From the NCBI GenBank assembly GCA_038253555.1, contig JBBSGZ010000003.1, positions 13 to 64,012 on the forward strand: a stretch of DNA of 64,000 nucleotides, written 5' to 3'. This document shows, piece by piece, positions 62,854-64,000 of this stretch. Made by a program: the position numbers and the translations under genes. The notes under the pieces were generated by a model. That model made no database searches and was not told where the DNA came from. It worked only from the letters and a program-made list of their open reading frames with translations. The DNA is from Thermoanaerobaculia bacterium (GTDB lineage Bacteria; Acidobacteriota; Thermoanaerobaculia; UBA5066; Gp7-AA6). Position 1 is the first letter of the stretch. Each line of letters starts with the position of its first letter.

Positions 62854-63758
62854 GCGAGCCCCGTGCCGGAAAATCGGAGGGTGCCGCCCGCACTGTCTGC
62901 CGCAAGACGCACGCTCACTCCAAAAGGGAGCGTCCGGGGAGCTCCCAGGTGCCCCGCGGGCAGGCCCGCAACGACCGGAAATGGCGAGGCGTGGAATCGG
63001 TCCCGGAGGTAATCCCGGACCGCCTCCGATGACTCCTCGCGTCCCGGCAACACGGATCCGATCACCATTCCTCGCAGGTCTTCCAGCGTACCCGAGCGCT
63101 CCAGCTGGGTCAACAGACGGTCGAGGCGGTAGACCGGTTCCGCGACGTCCTCCCAGAAAAGAATCCGATTGCTGCCCGAAATCGCTTCGGGCGTTCCCGC
63201 CAGAGAGGCGACAAGAGACAGGCATCCGCCGACCAGTACGCCCTCGGCGACGCCGCCGGCGATCACGTCTTCGGGCGGCATGCGGTGATCGGCCGGTGTC
63301 GCGCCCGTCAGGATCTCCTCCCAGTCGAGCGCGGCGGCTCGCCCCATCTCGACGGCGACCATGGGTCCGTAGAAGGTCACGAGAGACGCGTGTTTCGCGA
63401 CGAAGGCGAGGAGAGCCGTCACGTCGGAGCCGCCCAGGTGGATCTTCGGGTGCGCCCGGACCTCCGCGGGATCGAGCATGCCGAGAATGCGCGAGGCGCC
63501 GTACCCCCCGCGCGCGAAAAAGATCGCGTCGATCGAGCCGTCGGTCAGAAGACCGCGGTACCCTTCCGCCCGCTCGGCGTCCGTGCCCGCCAGAAAGCCG
63601 TCCCTCCGGGTCACGTTGGCCGCCAGAACCGTCCGGTAGCCGAGCCCCTCGATCTCCCGGACGCCGGCCCCGAGCCGCTCGGGATCGACCGGACCCGACA
63701 CGGCCGCAATCCCGATGCGGGCCCCGGGCCGAAGTCGTCGAGGCCGCGCAAGCTCCAT
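62850..63758 (-). CDS. LD-carboxypeptidase (peptidase S66)
   Basis: ATG at 63758. GARIGIAAVSGP start of the domain. GGSDVTALL nucleophile context. C-terminal GH motif region. Confidence 0.85.
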   Translation of the reverse strand: MELARPRRLRPGARIGIAAVSGPVDPERLGAGVREIEGLGYRTVLAANVTRRDGFLAGTDAERAEGYRGLLTDGSIDAIFFARGGYGASRILGMLDPAEVRAHPKIHLGGSDVTALLAFVAKHASLVTFYGPMVAVEMGRAAALDWEEILTGATPADHRMPPEDVIAGGVAEGVLVGGCLSLVASLAGTPEAISGSNRILFWEDVAEPVYRLDRLLTQLERSGTLEDLRGMVIGSVLPGREESSEAVRDYLRDRFHASPFPVVAGLPAGHLGAPRTLPFGVSVRLAADSAGGTLRFSGTGLA

Positions 63759-63872
63759 GGAGTCACCGATGTTAAGCGAGCCGCACCCCCGTCGGCAAAA
63801 ACCCAGCACTGGACCTCCCCCCGCCCCGGACCGCGAGACGGTCTGTTCCTCGTGGCGAGTCGACAGCGCCTG

Positions 63873-64000
63873 CCTGCGGGCCCCTCACCCCAACCCTCTC
63901 CCCGAGCGCGGGGCGAGGGGGCAGAGCTGCGCTCCAGCCTTGAAGGTGGCCAAGCTCGCAGCGGGAGGAGTCTCCTGACCGAAGGGAAGGAGGAGCCTCC
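63873..64000. repeat. Dispersed intergenic repeat, copy 2 (truncated by the window end)
   Basis: Aligns by eye to 22734-22860 with a few substitutions and two 1-nt indels. Same hairpin core ccctctccccgagcgcggggcgagggg. Confidence 0.8.

Overview
This is a very GC-rich 64-kb segment (roughly two-thirds G+C by eye, not computed) from a diderm, LPS-making bacterium. The gene content and synteny look like core genome rather than an island: parAB, an rpoN-hpf-ptsN-hprK-rapZ-EIIA-HPr-EI cluster, cmk-rpsA-ihf, scpAB, lpxB/msbA/lpt genes, recJ/priA/recG. The taxon cannot be assigned from the sequence alone.

I call about 60 CDS. Most lie on the minus strand in long operons, and neighbouring genes are often joined by 4-nt ATGA/GTGA/TTGA start-stop overlaps. 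I recognised no rRNA, tRNA, CRISPR array or intact mobile element. The only transposase hint is 17 codons at the left edge. Most long Arg/Pro/Gly-rich ORFs in the six-frame track are antisense or out-of-frame shadows of real genes.

Observations most worth a second look:
1. A translationally coupled four-gene operon at 50439-53627: radical SAM, DUF547 lipoprotein, MauE-like membrane protein and secreted START-like protein. Next to it is a subtilase with an internally duplicated, unnamed C-terminal module. This is a candidate uncharacterised lipid-modifying envelope system.
2. Unusual Lpt architecture: LptF-LptG fused in one ORF, and a 710-aa membrane-anchored LptC/LptA-like multi-module protein.
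3. A complete regulatory PTS embedded in the rpoN cluster, with no EIIB/EIIC in the window.
4. A GnnA/GnnB-like pair next to lpxB.
5. Two genes (a metallophosphoesterase and recG) whose conserved N-termini lie upstream of any ATG/GTG/TTG.
6. A dispersed REP/MITE-like intergenic repeat family.
7. A 600-bp repeat-structured non-coding gap between parB and lptFG.
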